A stretch of 64,000 nt of DNA, from contig JAFBAP010000101.1 of the NCBI GenBank assembly GCA_019247695.1, forward strand, positions 26,201 to 90,200, written 5' to 3'. The notes below the pieces were generated by a model. It worked only from the letters and a program-made list of their open reading frames with translations, searched no databases and was not told the DNA's origin. The stretch is from Verrucomicrobiota bacterium. GTDB taxonomy: Bacteria > Verrucomicrobiota > Verrucomicrobiia > Chthoniobacterales > JAFAMB01. Positions 30,278-43,500 of this stretch are shown piece after piece (position 1 is the first letter of the stretch; each line of letters starts with the position of its first letter). A program made the translations under genes and the position numbers.

Positions 30278-30507
30278 CGGGTAACGGGTAACGGGTAACG
30301 GGTAACGGGTAACGGGTAACGAATAGGGAGTGTCGGGTCGATCTTGGGGAAACGCCGCCGATGTCAAGTCTCTCGTTTCTCTTCCCGTGTGCGACGCTAA
30401 TCCGTTCCAATCTTAATCACCCATAGGATCTCTGGACCTCTTCCCTGCGTATTCTGCAGATACTTTCGCTTTCCCGACACCCGACACCTTCCCCCATTTG
30501 TGGCATT
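30226..30507. repeat. Foldback / MITE-like element E3 between trpF and leuB
   Basis: The left end AATGCCACAAATGGAAGAGAGTGACGGGTGTCGAG and the reverse complement of the right end AATGCCACAAATGGGGGAAGGTGTCGGGTGTCGGG form ~30-bp imperfect inverted termini. A 13-unit CGGGTAA-type arm lies at 30250-30340. Confidence 0.75.
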
Positions 30508-30513
30508 GTCTGA

Positions 30514-31626
<1,113 letters not shown>

Positions 31627-31688
31627 CCCGTTGGAAGGCGTGATAAACGCCCCCTTGCCAGTCACACCCGGCACCCGACACCCGCCTC

Positions 31689-32443
31689 CTACACCAGCGC
31701 GGCGGCCTTTTTCGTCGAGGCGCGAGCGTAATCGCGGTTCAGCCGCGAGATAAAGCTCGAGCTGATCTCCGCCGGGCACACGGCCTCGCATTCGTAATGG
31801 TTCGAGCAGTTGCCGAAACCTAACTCGTCCATTTTGCGGACCATATTCATCACGCGCAGGTTGCGTTCGGGCTGTCCCTGGGGGAGCAAGCCCAGGTGCG
31901 AGACTTTGGCCCCCACGAACAGCATCGCCGACGAGTTCGGACAAGCCGCCACGCAGGCGCCGCACCCGATGCACGCGGCCGCTTCCATGGCGAGGTCGGC
32001 CACGACCTTGCCGACCGGGATCGAGTTTGCTTCCGGCGCCGACCCGGTCCGAGCCGTAATGTAACCGCCCGCTTCAACCATTCTGTCCAGGGCGCTCCGG
32101 TTGGTGCACAGGTCGCGGATGACCGGGAAGGTCACGGCCCGAAACGGTTCAACCCAGATGGCGTCCCCGTCCTTGAACCGGCGCATGTAAAGCTGGCAGG
32201 TGGTTTTGGCCTTACCGGGACCGTGCGCGATGCCGTTAATCACGAGCGAGCACATGCCGCAGATGCCTTCGCGGCAATCGGAATCAAACGCGATCTGCTC
32301 CTCGTTTCGCTTGATCAGATCCTCGTTGACGATGTCGAGCATCTCCAGAAACGAGGCTTCCGCCGGGATGTCGCGCGCTTCGTAATCCACGAATCGACCG
32401 GCGACACCCGGTCCTTTTTGCCGCCAAACCTTGAGTTTAAAGT

Positions 32444-32447
<4 letters not shown>
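31689..32447 (-). CDS. sdhB: Succinate dehydrogenase / fumarate reductase iron-sulfur subunit
   Basis: CREGICGMC (2Fe-2S), [12 protein letters not shown] (4Fe-4S) and CECEAVCP-type clusters. Start overlaps the sdhA stop (ATGA). Confidence 0.9.
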
Positions 32448-34363
<1,916 letters not shown>

Positions 34364-34367
34364 AAGA

Positions 34368-35090
34368 TTATCGGACCAGGCCAAGCAGGATGGTTATCGG
34401 AATGGAAATGTACCCTAAAAAGACCAGCCACGCGAGCGTCACCCCTCCGACGGAAATGACCCTGGCGATCTTACGGTTGTCGATACCCAGGGTCTGGGTC
34501 AGGCTGGCAAACCCGTGGCTCAAGTGCATGCAGAGCAGGAAAAGGCCGAGCACATAAAACAACGAAATGAAGAAGTGCCGGAAGGCGATGATCATCATGT
34601 GATACACGTCGTGGCGCCCCAGAGAATCGTGCATATGCCGGTAGCCCGGGTGGGTGAGCTCAAGGGTAAACTGGAGCAGGTGATAAATGACGAAGCAAAG
34701 CACGATCAGGCCCGAAATGATCATCGTCCGTGAAGCCGGGGTGGATGCCTGGTAACCGGGCACGGCGTACTTTTGCGGCTTGGCCTGCCGGTTCTGAATC
34801 GTGAGCTGGATCGTCGCCACGATATGAATGACGAAACAGGCCAGCAGGAAGAGGCGTATCAGCCATAGCAACGGCCCCAGGTTGTGCAGGAATTCGGCGT
34901 AATTGTTGATTCGATCCTGGCCAAGGTAGATCTGGAGGTTGCCCGCCAGGTGGCCCAACACGTACACGATCAGTACGACCCCGGTAAGCGCCACAACCCA
35001 CTTCTTGCCGATCGACGACTGATAGAACGCGACTAGCGGATTAGGCGAAAACCTCCGGGCGGATGCAGGGGAAACGGTAACGGCCGGCAT
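34368..35090 (-). CDS. sdhC: Succinate dehydrogenase cytochrome b subunit (single-subunit b558 type)
   Basis: 240 aa with five hydrophobic helices and conserved His residues ([25 protein letters not shown]). It is the first gene of the sdh cluster. Confidence 0.8.
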   Translation of the reverse strand: MPAVTVSPASARRFSPNPLVAFYQSSIGKKWVVALTGVVLIVYVLGHLAGNLQIYLGQDRINNYAEFLHNLGPLLWLIRLFLLACFVIHIVATIQLTIQNRQAKPQKYAVPGYQASTPASRTMIISGLIVLCFVIYHLLQFTLELTHPGYRHMHDSLGRHDVYHMMIIAFRHFFISLFYVLGLFLLCMHLSHGFASLTQTLGIDNRKIARVISVGGVTLAWLVFLGYISIPITILLGLVR

Positions 35091-35238
35091 AGAAAACTAC
35101 GCTATTAGCCAAAATATTAACGTGTCAACCCATGGAAACGTAAATAGGTTGGGTTTGCCCCGTCCAAATGTTCTGCTTTCTATTGAAAGTTGACAGTCCG
35201 GAGCTGACCGCGCCGGGAATTTTGGCATAATACGCCCC

Positions 35239-35892
35239 ATGCGTTCGCGATTGTGCATGGCTTGCGCCCGTTTGCGTTTGGGAATCGGGGGGGTGCTGCT
35301 CCTTGTCCTGTTTGCCTCCTGCGTCACTAAAGACCGGCAACACCGCGTTGTCGTCAGCGTCGCCGACCAGGCTATGGACGTTTATTACCGGCAGCACCAG
35401 GTGGCCCGCTACCAGATCTCGACCTCCAAGTTTTGTCTCGGCGATGCCCCGGGCAGCTGCGGGACGCCGCTGGGCCGGTTGGAAATCGCCAAAAAGATCG
35501 GTGCCGGCGCGCCGCTCGGCACCGTGTTCAAAGACCGGAAACCCACCGGAGAAATCCTCAAGCCGGACACGCCCGGCCGTGACCCGATCGTCTCTCGCAT
35601 CCTGTGGCTCAAAGGTCTGGAACCGGGTAATCGGAACGCCTACGGCCGTTGCATTTACATTCACGGCACGCCCGAGGAGCGTAATATCGGGCGCCCGGCC
35701 AGTTATGGCTGTATCCGGATGCGGTCCCGCGACGTTGCCCACCTTTTCAGGACAGTCGGGGTGGGGGCCGAGGTCGACGTGATGCCTGGACCCTTGCCTG
35801 ATCCAAACCTGCGGCGCACGCCCACGCCCACGGCCGCTGCCCAGGCCAGCGTGGCGCTCAGTCGTGCGACCGACAGAATCCCTGAGCGCTGA
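35239..35892 (+). CDS. L,D-transpeptidase (YkuD domain)
   Basis: IYIHGTPEERNIGRPASYGCIRM is the catalytic His...Cys motif. Signal or lipoprotein-like N-terminus (LLLVLFASC). The stop codon lies in the TGAGCAC heptamer array. Confidence 0.85.
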   Translation: MRSRLCMACARLRLGIGGVLLLVLFASCVTKDRQHRVVVSVADQAMDVYYRQHQVARYQISTSKFCLGDAPGSCGTPLGRLEIAKKIGAGAPLGTVFKDRKPTGEILKPDTPGRDPIVSRILWLKGLEPGNRNAYGRCIYIHGTPEERNIGRPASYGCIRMRSRDVAHLFRTVGVGAEVDVMPGPLPDPNLRRTPTPTAAAQASVALSRATDRIPER

Positions 35893-35917
35893 GCACTGAG
35901 CACTGAGCACTGACCAG
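35883..35917. repeat. Heptamer array (TGAGCAC-type, 5 units)
   Basis: TGAGCGC TGAGCAC TGAGCAC TGAGCAC TGACCAG. The second unit supplies the stop codon of the L,D-transpeptidase gene. Confidence 0.85.
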
Positions 35918-35937
35918 TTGATCCGGAACAAGCGCCA

Positions 35938-36714
35938 ATGGACCCAGGCTTGGTCAACGATGGGGTGAAACGTCAGTTGCGCGAGCGGCAGTACCCGGCC
36001 GCGCCGATGGTCATGCGCCAACGCTGGTTGGACCTCCTGTTTCTGCACTGGCGGTGGGACCCGGCCGAAGTCCAGCGTACCTTGCCGCCGGGACTCACGG
36101 TTGACACGTGGGACGGCAACGCCTGGATCGGCGTCGTCCCGTTCGCGATGCGCGGGGTGCGCCCGCGTTTTTGCCCGTCAGTGCCGGGCGTGTCTCATTT
36201 GCTCGAACTAAACCTGCGGACCTACGTCCTGGATCGCGCCGGCCGTCCGGGGGTCTGGTTTTATTCCCTGGACGCCAGCCAACCTCTGGCGGTCTGGGCG
36301 GCGCGCGCCTTTTTCGCGCTGCATTACTATCACGCCCGGATGGAATTGTCGGTCGCCGACGGCGAATGCCGGTTTGTTTCCTGCCGGGCCGGGACCGCCC
36401 AGCCGCTGCGTTACCATTACCGGCCGGAGCCGGCCCATTCACGGAACCCAGGCCATTCGCACGAAGCCATGCCGGGAACGCTGGAATTCTTTTTGGTCGA
36501 ACGCTACCGGCTGTTCGCGTTCCGCCGTGGCCGGGTGCTCACCGGGCGGGTCTATCACCGGCCATACCCGCTGACCGCGGTCGAGACCTCCGTGTGGAAC
36601 GACGGGCTGTTCGCCCTGGACGGGTTCAATCGCCCGAATCGGCCGCCCGATCACCAGATCTACGCATCCCAGGTCGAGGTCAGCATCTTCGCTCCTGAAG
36701 CGGTGCCCGGGTAA
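35938..36714 (+). CDS. DUF2071 (YqjF-like) family protein
   Basis: WLDLLFLHWRWDP, AWIGVVPFAMRGVRP and LELNLRTYV match the DUF2071 pattern as I remember it. Confidence 0.7.
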   Translation: MDPGLVNDGVKRQLRERQYPAAPMVMRQRWLDLLFLHWRWDPAEVQRTLPPGLTVDTWDGNAWIGVVPFAMRGVRPRFCPSVPGVSHLLELNLRTYVLDRAGRPGVWFYSLDASQPLAVWAARAFFALHYYHARMELSVADGECRFVSCRAGTAQPLRYHYRPEPAHSRNPGHSHEAMPGTLEFFLVERYRLFAFRRGRVLTGRVYHRPYPLTAVETSVWNDGLFALDGFNRPNRPPDHQIYASQVEVSIFAPEAVPG

Positions 36715-36819
36715 CAAGTGCGATTTTGAGAGCGAGTGAGAGCGAGCGCCGCGAGTCACGTCCGGAATTCGGGCCTTGAAGCCGGCATCCTCGCCGCGTC
36801 CGCCGTGTGATGCGGTGTG

Positions 36820-37359
36820 CTAATCTTTGGGGTGAAACCGCACCCGGATGATGGCCAATCCGGCCGGCAGACGGTCGAATCGCGCGGCAAAGTCCGAGCG
36901 GCCGACCCAGCCGCGGCGGGTCATGGGCACAGGGTCGGGCACGTAGGAGACGGCGTAGGTACTCAGCAGTCGGCCCCGCAGGTCCAGCAGTTCGATATCC
37001 AAGTGCCCGTACCCCGACCCAAAGCCGTCGCGCCGGATTGCGCCGCGGATCCGTAGACCTTCGCCTGTCCGAGCCAACTGCACGGCGACGATGGAAAAAC
37101 CGGGGGTGCCGGCCACCTCCACACGAAAGCCGGTCGGGTCCTGGACCGGCCCGTGCAGCAGCCATTGCAAGTATTGCAAAATGCCATCGGCACGCTGCAC
37201 GGACGGCACCTTGGACTCGGCGCGACCGTTCTCCTGCGGGAACTGCAGCAGCCCCTGCGCTTGTGAGCCGCCGGGGAAGGCGGCCGCCAGGAACGTCGCC
37301 AAGGCCAGTGATGCGGCGGGCCTGAGTAGGCTGGGGACGCGGTTCGGTAAGAAGGGCAT
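36820..37359 (-). CDS. Hypothetical secreted protein
   Basis: ATG at 37359 gives a signal peptide (SLLRPAASLALATFLAAAFPGGSQA). No family recognised. Confidence 0.4.
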   Translation of the reverse strand: MPFLPNRVPSLLRPAASLALATFLAAAFPGGSQAQGLLQFPQENGRAESKVPSVQRADGILQYLQWLLHGPVQDPTGFRVEVAGTPGFSIVAVQLARTGEGLRIRGAIRRDGFGSGYGHLDIELLDLRGRLLSTYAVSYVPDPVPMTRRGWVGRSDFAARFDRLPAGLAIIRVRFHPKD

Positions 37360-37507
37360 AAGATAAAAAGGCACCTGGCCGCCGTGGCCGGATTCCGTCC
37401 GCACCGGGTCCGGCTCTGAGCGGGTCGAATTCCCGAAGCGGGCTAACCGGCCACTACCCCTGGGCTCGGCTCGAATAGCTGCTGTATCGCATCAACTCCT
37501 GTAACTG

Positions 37508-38911
37508 CTAAAAACTCACGCGCACGCGTGCCGCAAAGATATTGATGGGGCCCCGATCCTGATTGTAAGCCGGATCCACGGCGAGCTGGTAATCCAGGGT
37601 TAGGTTCAGCCCTTTAATCACCTCGAAATTGTAGTAAGCTTCCACCACATTCTCCAGACCGTAATGAGGCAGTTTTCCGTCGCCGATCAGGATTCCGAGC
37701 CCGCCCGCATTAAAGTAATCCCGTTGTGCGTGTCCGAGAGCATCGAGCATTTCTGCGAGGCCAACCGTGTCGTTCGGACGGTTCCAGGCGGTCCCTTTGA
37801 GTGAGAGCCCGATCTCAAAACTCTTCGAAACATCCGCGTACTGCCATACCTCATAGTTCGGGTCCCGGAACGCGAGCCGGAGAAAGGCGCCCAGATCCTT
37901 GGTGAGTTCCTGCTCCACGTTGAGCACCACTCCGTAGGTCAGCCGGTACCTGCGGGTCTGCGTAATGTCCGCACCGAGATCCGGACTATCCAACACCGCA
38001 CGATAACTGCCCATGTTCGCACTTTCCAGGTAGCCGAGCAACCGCGCCTTGCCCGGGTGACCGACCAGCGAGTAGCGTCCCTCGATTTCGGCCACCTGCT
38101 GCCAAGCCTTGAGGTAGTGCCCGTTCGTTGCCAGGCCATTGGCGACCCGGGGAACGGTGAAAATGCCATAACGCGCCGCCCAGTCTTTCTGGTTGAGCTC
38201 CAACCACAGGCCGTACTCGAAGCCCAGGGAATCAGCCGCGTAATCGAAGGCTAACGCGTCGACGGCTGCCCAGTTTAAGAAATCCCCTCTCGAATCATGG
38301 GCATAGCTATTGTTGTCGAAAACGTCGGTCACGCTGAACTTGCCCGCCTGAAGCGTAAGCCGGGAGATGTCGACTTTCTCTGCGAGTTGCAGTTCACTCG
38401 CGGCAAGTTGTTCCTGGTCCCCTCCAAAGCCCCAGACCTGGCGAAGAAACAAGCGCGGGATGTAGACATCGCCGCGGTACTTGCCTACCTTGTAGGCCTC
38501 GGAGTTTGGGAAGGCGGCCAAGCCATGGGTAATGCCCAGACCGAAACCCTGATAGTACTCCGGATTCAGGTAGATCTCGCCACCGGGCCAGATGCGGACA
38601 TCGAAGAACAGATCGGCATCGGAAGTCTGGCGAACGTTGTCACCGGGATACAGGCTGTTGGTTCCGCTGTAAGGCGCATGAAACCCCGGCTGGCCCTGAA
38701 CGACTTCAACTGCATCAAAGTGAATCGCCCAGTTTTGCCGGCCGCCGTTCTCGGTCTGAACCACCGGTATTTCAGGGTCCCGCCCGGCCTCCTGGGCTGG
38801 AGCGTTGTGGACAGAGATAGAAACTTCTTCCGCTTTTGCGAAGACAACTGCAAGAACGCTTCCTATCAGGATCAACTCCCGCAACCTGGCGAGTTTTGGA
38901 TTCTTCATCAC
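37508..38911 (-). CDS. Carbohydrate-selective porin, OprB family
   Basis: Signal peptide. FHAPYSGTNSL, RIWPGGEIYLNPE, FLRQVWGFGG, and a C-terminal aromatic residue (VSF), all typical of OprB-like beta-barrels. Confidence 0.75.
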   Translation of the reverse strand: MMKNPKLARLRELILIGSVLAVVFAKAEEVSISVHNAPAQEAGRDPEIPVVQTENGGRQNWAIHFDAVEVVQGQPGFHAPYSGTNSLYPGDNVRQTSDADLFFDVRIWPGGEIYLNPEYYQGFGLGITHGLAAFPNSEAYKVGKYRGDVYIPRLFLRQVWGFGGDQEQLAASELQLAEKVDISRLTLQAGKFSVTDVFDNNSYAHDSRGDFLNWAAVDALAFDYAADSLGFEYGLWLELNQKDWAARYGIFTVPRVANGLATNGHYLKAWQQVAEIEGRYSLVGHPGKARLLGYLESANMGSYRAVLDSPDLGADITQTRRYRLTYGVVLNVEQELTKDLGAFLRLAFRDPNYEVWQYADVSKSFEIGLSLKGTAWNRPNDTVGLAEMLDALGHAQRDYFNAGGLGILIGDGKLPHYGLENVVEAYYNFEVIKGLNLTLDYQLAVDPAYNQDRGPINIFAARVRVSF

Positions 38912-38921
38912 GGTAATGGCA

Positions 38922-40571
38922 TCATAGAGAGTGGCGAACCCCCGCGGAGTATCGGACGGCAGCCGGCGCGTCCGCCGCGGCTGAACGCAGGGCGCCCGAA
39001 TTCAGGCGTATCCTTTGACGAGGCCGGTAACCGGTGCATGCACCGGCGGAACTGACGTCCGAGCGGTTCCACCAGCCGCCGCCGAGCGCTTGGAACAGCG
39101 CTGCCGTATCAGCAAAGCGACCGGCCCGCGCCTGGACGAGATTGATCACGGATTGCTGATATGCCTGCTGGGCATTAAGGAGTGCAAGGTAGGAAACTGC
39201 GCCGGCCGCCAGTTGGCTCCGGGTGACGTCGAGGCTCTTCGCGGCGGCACGCTCCGCGGCCACCGCCGCGGTCAAGGCGCCGGCGTCGGACTGCAGCGCG
39301 CGCAGCGCGTCAGCAACGTTTTGAAAAGCGGTGACGGCCGTGCTGCGGTACTGTGCAGCCGCCTGGGCGCAAGCTGCCCGCGCGGCACGGGTGCGGTGCA
39401 GCAGCATGCCGCCCTCGAAGATCGGCTGCGTCAGGCTTGCGGCCAGCGCCCAGTAACTGGTGCCCGGCCCGAACAATCTGGTGATCTCGCCGGCCGCGTA
39501 GCCGCCGTTGGCGCTGAGAGTGATGTTCGGCAGCATGTTGGCGATGGCCACGCCGATCTGCGCGCTTGCGGAATGGAGTTGAGCCTCTGCCGCGCGCACG
39601 TCCGGCCGTTGCTCAACCAGTTTCGCCGGCAGGCTTACCGGCAGATCCGCCGGCAGGTGCAGGTCTTCAAGCTCAAACGTCTCGGCGACACCTTGGCTGG
39701 GGAACCTGCCGGCCAGCGCGGCCAGGAGGTCGCGTTGCTGCGCCAGTTGCTTCTGGAGCGGCGGCAGGCTCGCCTGCGCTTGCGCCAGCGCGGCTTCCTG
39801 CGCCGCCACGGCGTCCCCGGCGATCTGACCGGCTGAGAATTGGCGCCGCATGATTTCGAGCGCCTCGCCCTGCACGCTGATGATTTCCTGGGCCGCCTTG
39901 ATCTGGCCGCGAAGCAGGGCTTCCTGCACCGCCGCCGTCACGACATTCGAAGTCAACGTCAGGTAGGTCGCCTCGAGTTGGAATCGTTGCGCTTCGGCCT
40001 GCGCCTCCAGCGACTCGACGGTTCTCCGGTTCAAGCCGAAGACGTCCGGCACGTAGGAGACGCTGAGTTGGCCGGTATAGAGGCTGTAATACGGGTTTCC
40101 CGAAGCCGTGGCTGGAGAAAAGATAGCCGTGGCGGTCTTGTTAAGGCTGGGCGAGAGGCTCGCCTGAATGGTGGGGTAGTATGCCCCTTTCTGCGCCCGA
40201 ACATTCTCCCGCGCCACTCGCAAAGCGGCCTGAGCGGCTTCAAGGCTGGGATTGGCCCGGAGCGCTTCTTCAGTGAGGGCGTTAAGCGCCTTGCAATGGA
40301 ACAGCCGCCACCACTGCCCCGGGATGTCCAGACTCTGAACGAAGCGCTGGGCTTGGCCGCCTGCGACATCGGCCTTCGCGGTCTGCGCCGCCAGCGGTTC
40401 GGGTGTGTAACCCGTAACCGAAGGAGGCGCAGGCCGGTGAAAGTTCGGGCCGACGGCACAACCGCCGGTGGTCATGAACCCGGCGAGAATAATGAGCAAT
40501 CGCGTGCCGTTTCTGATCGATGCGGACGTCTTCGACCCGCCGGCGCGTCTGACTCGTATCAATGGTTTCAT
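38922..40571 (-). CDS. RND efflux outer-membrane factor lipoprotein (NodT family)
   Basis: Lipobox (MTTGGC), tandem OEP repeats and ALGGGWW near the C-terminus. The start overlaps the RND pump stop (TAATG). Confidence 0.9.
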   Translation of the reverse strand: MKPLIRVRRAGGSKTSASIRNGTRLLIILAGFMTTGGCAVGPNFHRPAPPSVTGYTPEPLAAQTAKADVAGGQAQRFVQSLDIPGQWWRLFHCKALNALTEEALRANPSLEAAQAALRVARENVRAQKGAYYPTIQASLSPSLNKTATAIFSPATASGNPYYSLYTGQLSVSYVPDVFGLNRRTVESLEAQAEAQRFQLEATYLTLTSNVVTAAVQEALLRGQIKAAQEIISVQGEALEIMRRQFSAGQIAGDAVAAQEAALAQAQASLPPLQKQLAQQRDLLAALAGRFPSQGVAETFELEDLHLPADLPVSLPAKLVEQRPDVRAAEAQLHSASAQIGVAIANMLPNITLSANGGYAAGEITRLFGPGTSYWALAASLTQPIFEGGMLLHRTRAARAACAQAAAQYRSTAVTAFQNVADALRALQSDAGALTAAVAAERAAAKSLDVTRSQLAAGAVSYLALLNAQQAYQQSVINLVQARAGRFADTAALFQALGGGWWNRSDVSSAGACTGYRPRQRIRLNSGALRSAAADAPAAVRYSAGVRHSL

Positions 40572-43500
40572 TATTCCGCGGGTTGGAGTTCGGCTGCCGG
40601 GGCCTCCTCTGCACGTCGGCCTCGCCGTGAGAACAGGTCAACCAGCACGGGCAGGATGATCAGGATGAGGATGGGCGCCAGAAGGATCCCGCCTACCACC
40701 ACAAGGGCGAGCGGTTTCTGAACCTGCGAGCCGATGCCCGTTGAGGTAGCGGCCGGCAACAGCCCTACGCACGCCGCGATGCAGGTCATCATGACTGGAC
40801 GCAGCCGTATCTGACAAGCCCGCATTAGCGCGGCAGAACGCTCCAGACCACCCTCGATGAGTTGGTTGAAGTAGGAAATAACGATGATTCCTTCCATCAC
40901 CGAAATGCCGAACAGACCGATAAAGCCGATCGCTGCTGAGACGCTGAAGGGCGTGCCGGTGATCCAGAGGGCGAAAATTCCCCCGATCAGCGCCAGAGGC
41001 ATGACGCTGGCCGCCAGCAACGTGTCGGTGACAGAGGAAAAGTTGGCGAACAGCAACAGAACTATCAGCAGCAGGGTCATCGGCACGACAAGTTTAAGGC
41101 GCTCCATTGCGTCCTGCAGTTCGCCGAATTCACCGACCCACTCCAGACGCGCACCGGCGGGCAGGCGGACCTGGCCGGCAATCCTGCTCTGCGCTTCGAG
41201 CACCGCGCTCCCGAGATCGCGTCCGCGCACGCTGAATTTGATCGGGATGTAGCGCTCCTGGTTCTCGCGATAAATGAAGGAGTAACCCGGAGCCAGGCTT
41301 ACCTTGGCGGTGTCGCTCAGCGGGATAGGGACAATCCCATTTCCGTTCGGGTTGGGCGCGCCGATCGGAATCCGGCGCATGGCGTCCAGGCTCTGGCGGT
41401 ATTGCGGCGCCAGGCGGACGACGATGGGGAAGTTCCGATCGCTGCCGTATTCGTACAGGTTGCCGGCTGCCTGACCGCCGATCGCCGCCTGCACGGTTGA
41501 ATTGATGTCGCCCGGAGCCAGCCCGTAGCGCGCGGCGACCTTGCGGTCGATGTCGATGTTGACGGTTGGCTGGCCAAACGCGTCGAAGACGGAGAGGTCA
41601 GTCATGCCGGGCACCGTCTCGAGGAGCGCTTTTATTTGGTACGCGGTATTCTGCAGCGCCTCAAGATCGTTGCCGAAGAGCTTGATCGAGTTCTGGCCTT
41701 TGACCCCCGAGGCGGCTTCTTCGACGTTGTCTTCTATGTTCTGAGAAAAGTTGAAATCTACCCCGGGGAACGGGCCTTCCAGGGCCGCATCCATCTGGCG
41801 AGTGAGTTTCTCCTTGTCGATCCCCGCGGGCCATGTAGAGAAGGGTTTGAGGGGCACATCGAGTTCGAGATTGAAAAACCCGGTGGCGTCAGTCCCGTCG
41901 TCAGGCCGCCCCAGTTGCGAGATGACGGTCTGAACCTCCGGGAAGTTCTTGACGATCTGCCGCATACGGTCGGCGTATCCCCCGGCTTCCTCCAGCGAGA
42001 TCGTGGGCGGGAAGCTTGCGCGGATCCAAAAGTTGCCTTCCTCAAGCTTGGGTAGAAACTCGAGGCCGAGGGAGCGGGCCGCTACCACCGCCAACGTCAC
42101 GAGCGCCACCGCTGCGCCCAGCGACACAATGCGATTGGCGACCGTGACCTTGAGCAGCGGGATGTAGATCCGCCGCAAACCGCGCACGATGAGGGTCTCG
42201 GTCTCTCTGGCCGGATTCGGCAGCAGCACTGCGCTCAAGGCGGGCGTGATGGTGAAGGTGGCAATCAGGCCGCCGGCGATCGCGTAGGCGTAGGTCTTTG
42301 CCATCGGCCCGAAGATGTGTCCTTCAACCCCGGACAACGTGAACAACGGGATGAAGCCGGCGATGATGATTGAGGCGGAAAAGAAGATGGCCCGGTTGAC
42401 TTCGAGCGCGGAACTGCCGATCACGGCGAGCACCCCACGCAGCTCCCAGGAAGAGGGCAGGCGGTGCTTTACCGGCGAGTGCGCGAACCGTTCCTCGGGT
42501 CGCTGCGCCAGGTGCCGGTAGATGTTTTCTACCATGATGACCGTCGCGTCCACGATCAGGCCGAAGTCGATCGCGCCGACCGAGAGCAGGTTCGCCGATT
42601 CGCCGCGCAGCGTCATGGTGATGATGGCAAAGCACAGGGCGAATGGTATGGTTGCGGCCACGATCACCGCGCTGCGCAGGTTGCCCAGGAAGATCCACTG
42701 GATGAAGAAGATCAGCATGATGCCGAAGATCAGGTTATGAAGCACCGTGCGGGTAGTGACCGCGATCAGCTCACGGCGATCATAGATCTTCTCGAGCCTG
42801 ACGCCCGGCGGGAGGATTCCGGTGGTGTTGATTTTCTGCACCTCAGCCTCAACCCGGCGGATGGTCGGCAGGCTCTGCTCGCCGCGGCGCATCAGGACGA
42901 TGCCTTGGGCAATGTCATTGTCATCGTCCTGCCCGGCGATGCCGAGCCGTGGCTGGTGGCCGACCTGCACCGTGGCGACGTCCCTGACGCGGACCGGTGA
43001 ACCGTTGTTCGCGCTCAGCATGGTGTCGCGGATGTCGTCCATGGAATGGATCAGTCCGACCCCGCGCACCACGGCTGCCTGCGGCCCGAAATTCACCGTC
43101 TGGCCGCCCACGTTGATGTTGGCGTTGTTGAGGGCCTGCAGGATCTGAGGAACGGTGAGGCCGTACTCAACCAGTTTATTTTGATCGAGGGTGATTTCGT
43201 AGGTCTTCGTCTTGCCGCCCCAGCCGCTGACGTCCACCACGCCGGGCACCGCCTTGAAACGGCGCTGCAGGACCCAGTCCTGGAGGGTCTTAAGGTCCAT
43301 GACCGAATAGCCGGGCGGGCCGACGATCCGGTACCGGTAAATTTCGCCGATCGGGCTTTCCGGTGAGATCTGAGGCGTGACGCCGTTGGGCAAAGGCGAC
43401 AATTGCGACAGGCGGTTTATCACCCATTGTTCAGCCTGCTCATAGGTGAAGTCGTAGGTGAACTGCACGCGGACGTCCGACAGGCCGAATAGAGAGATGG

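Noticed and set aside
29253-30410. ORFs 29253..29753, 29297..29557, 29516..30367 and 30192..30410 (also 15837..16559) encoding VTRYPLP-type repeats
   Set aside because: These are translations of the stop-free strand of the heptamer arrays, or are antisense to trpF. They are periodic pseudo-peptides, not proteins.
35190-35231. Sigma-70 promoter (TTGACA ... CATAAT) upstream of the L,D-transpeptidase gene
   Set aside because: The hexamers are 30 nt apart, far from the 16-18 nt optimum. Only an extended -10-like TGGCATAAT remains, which is too weak to call.
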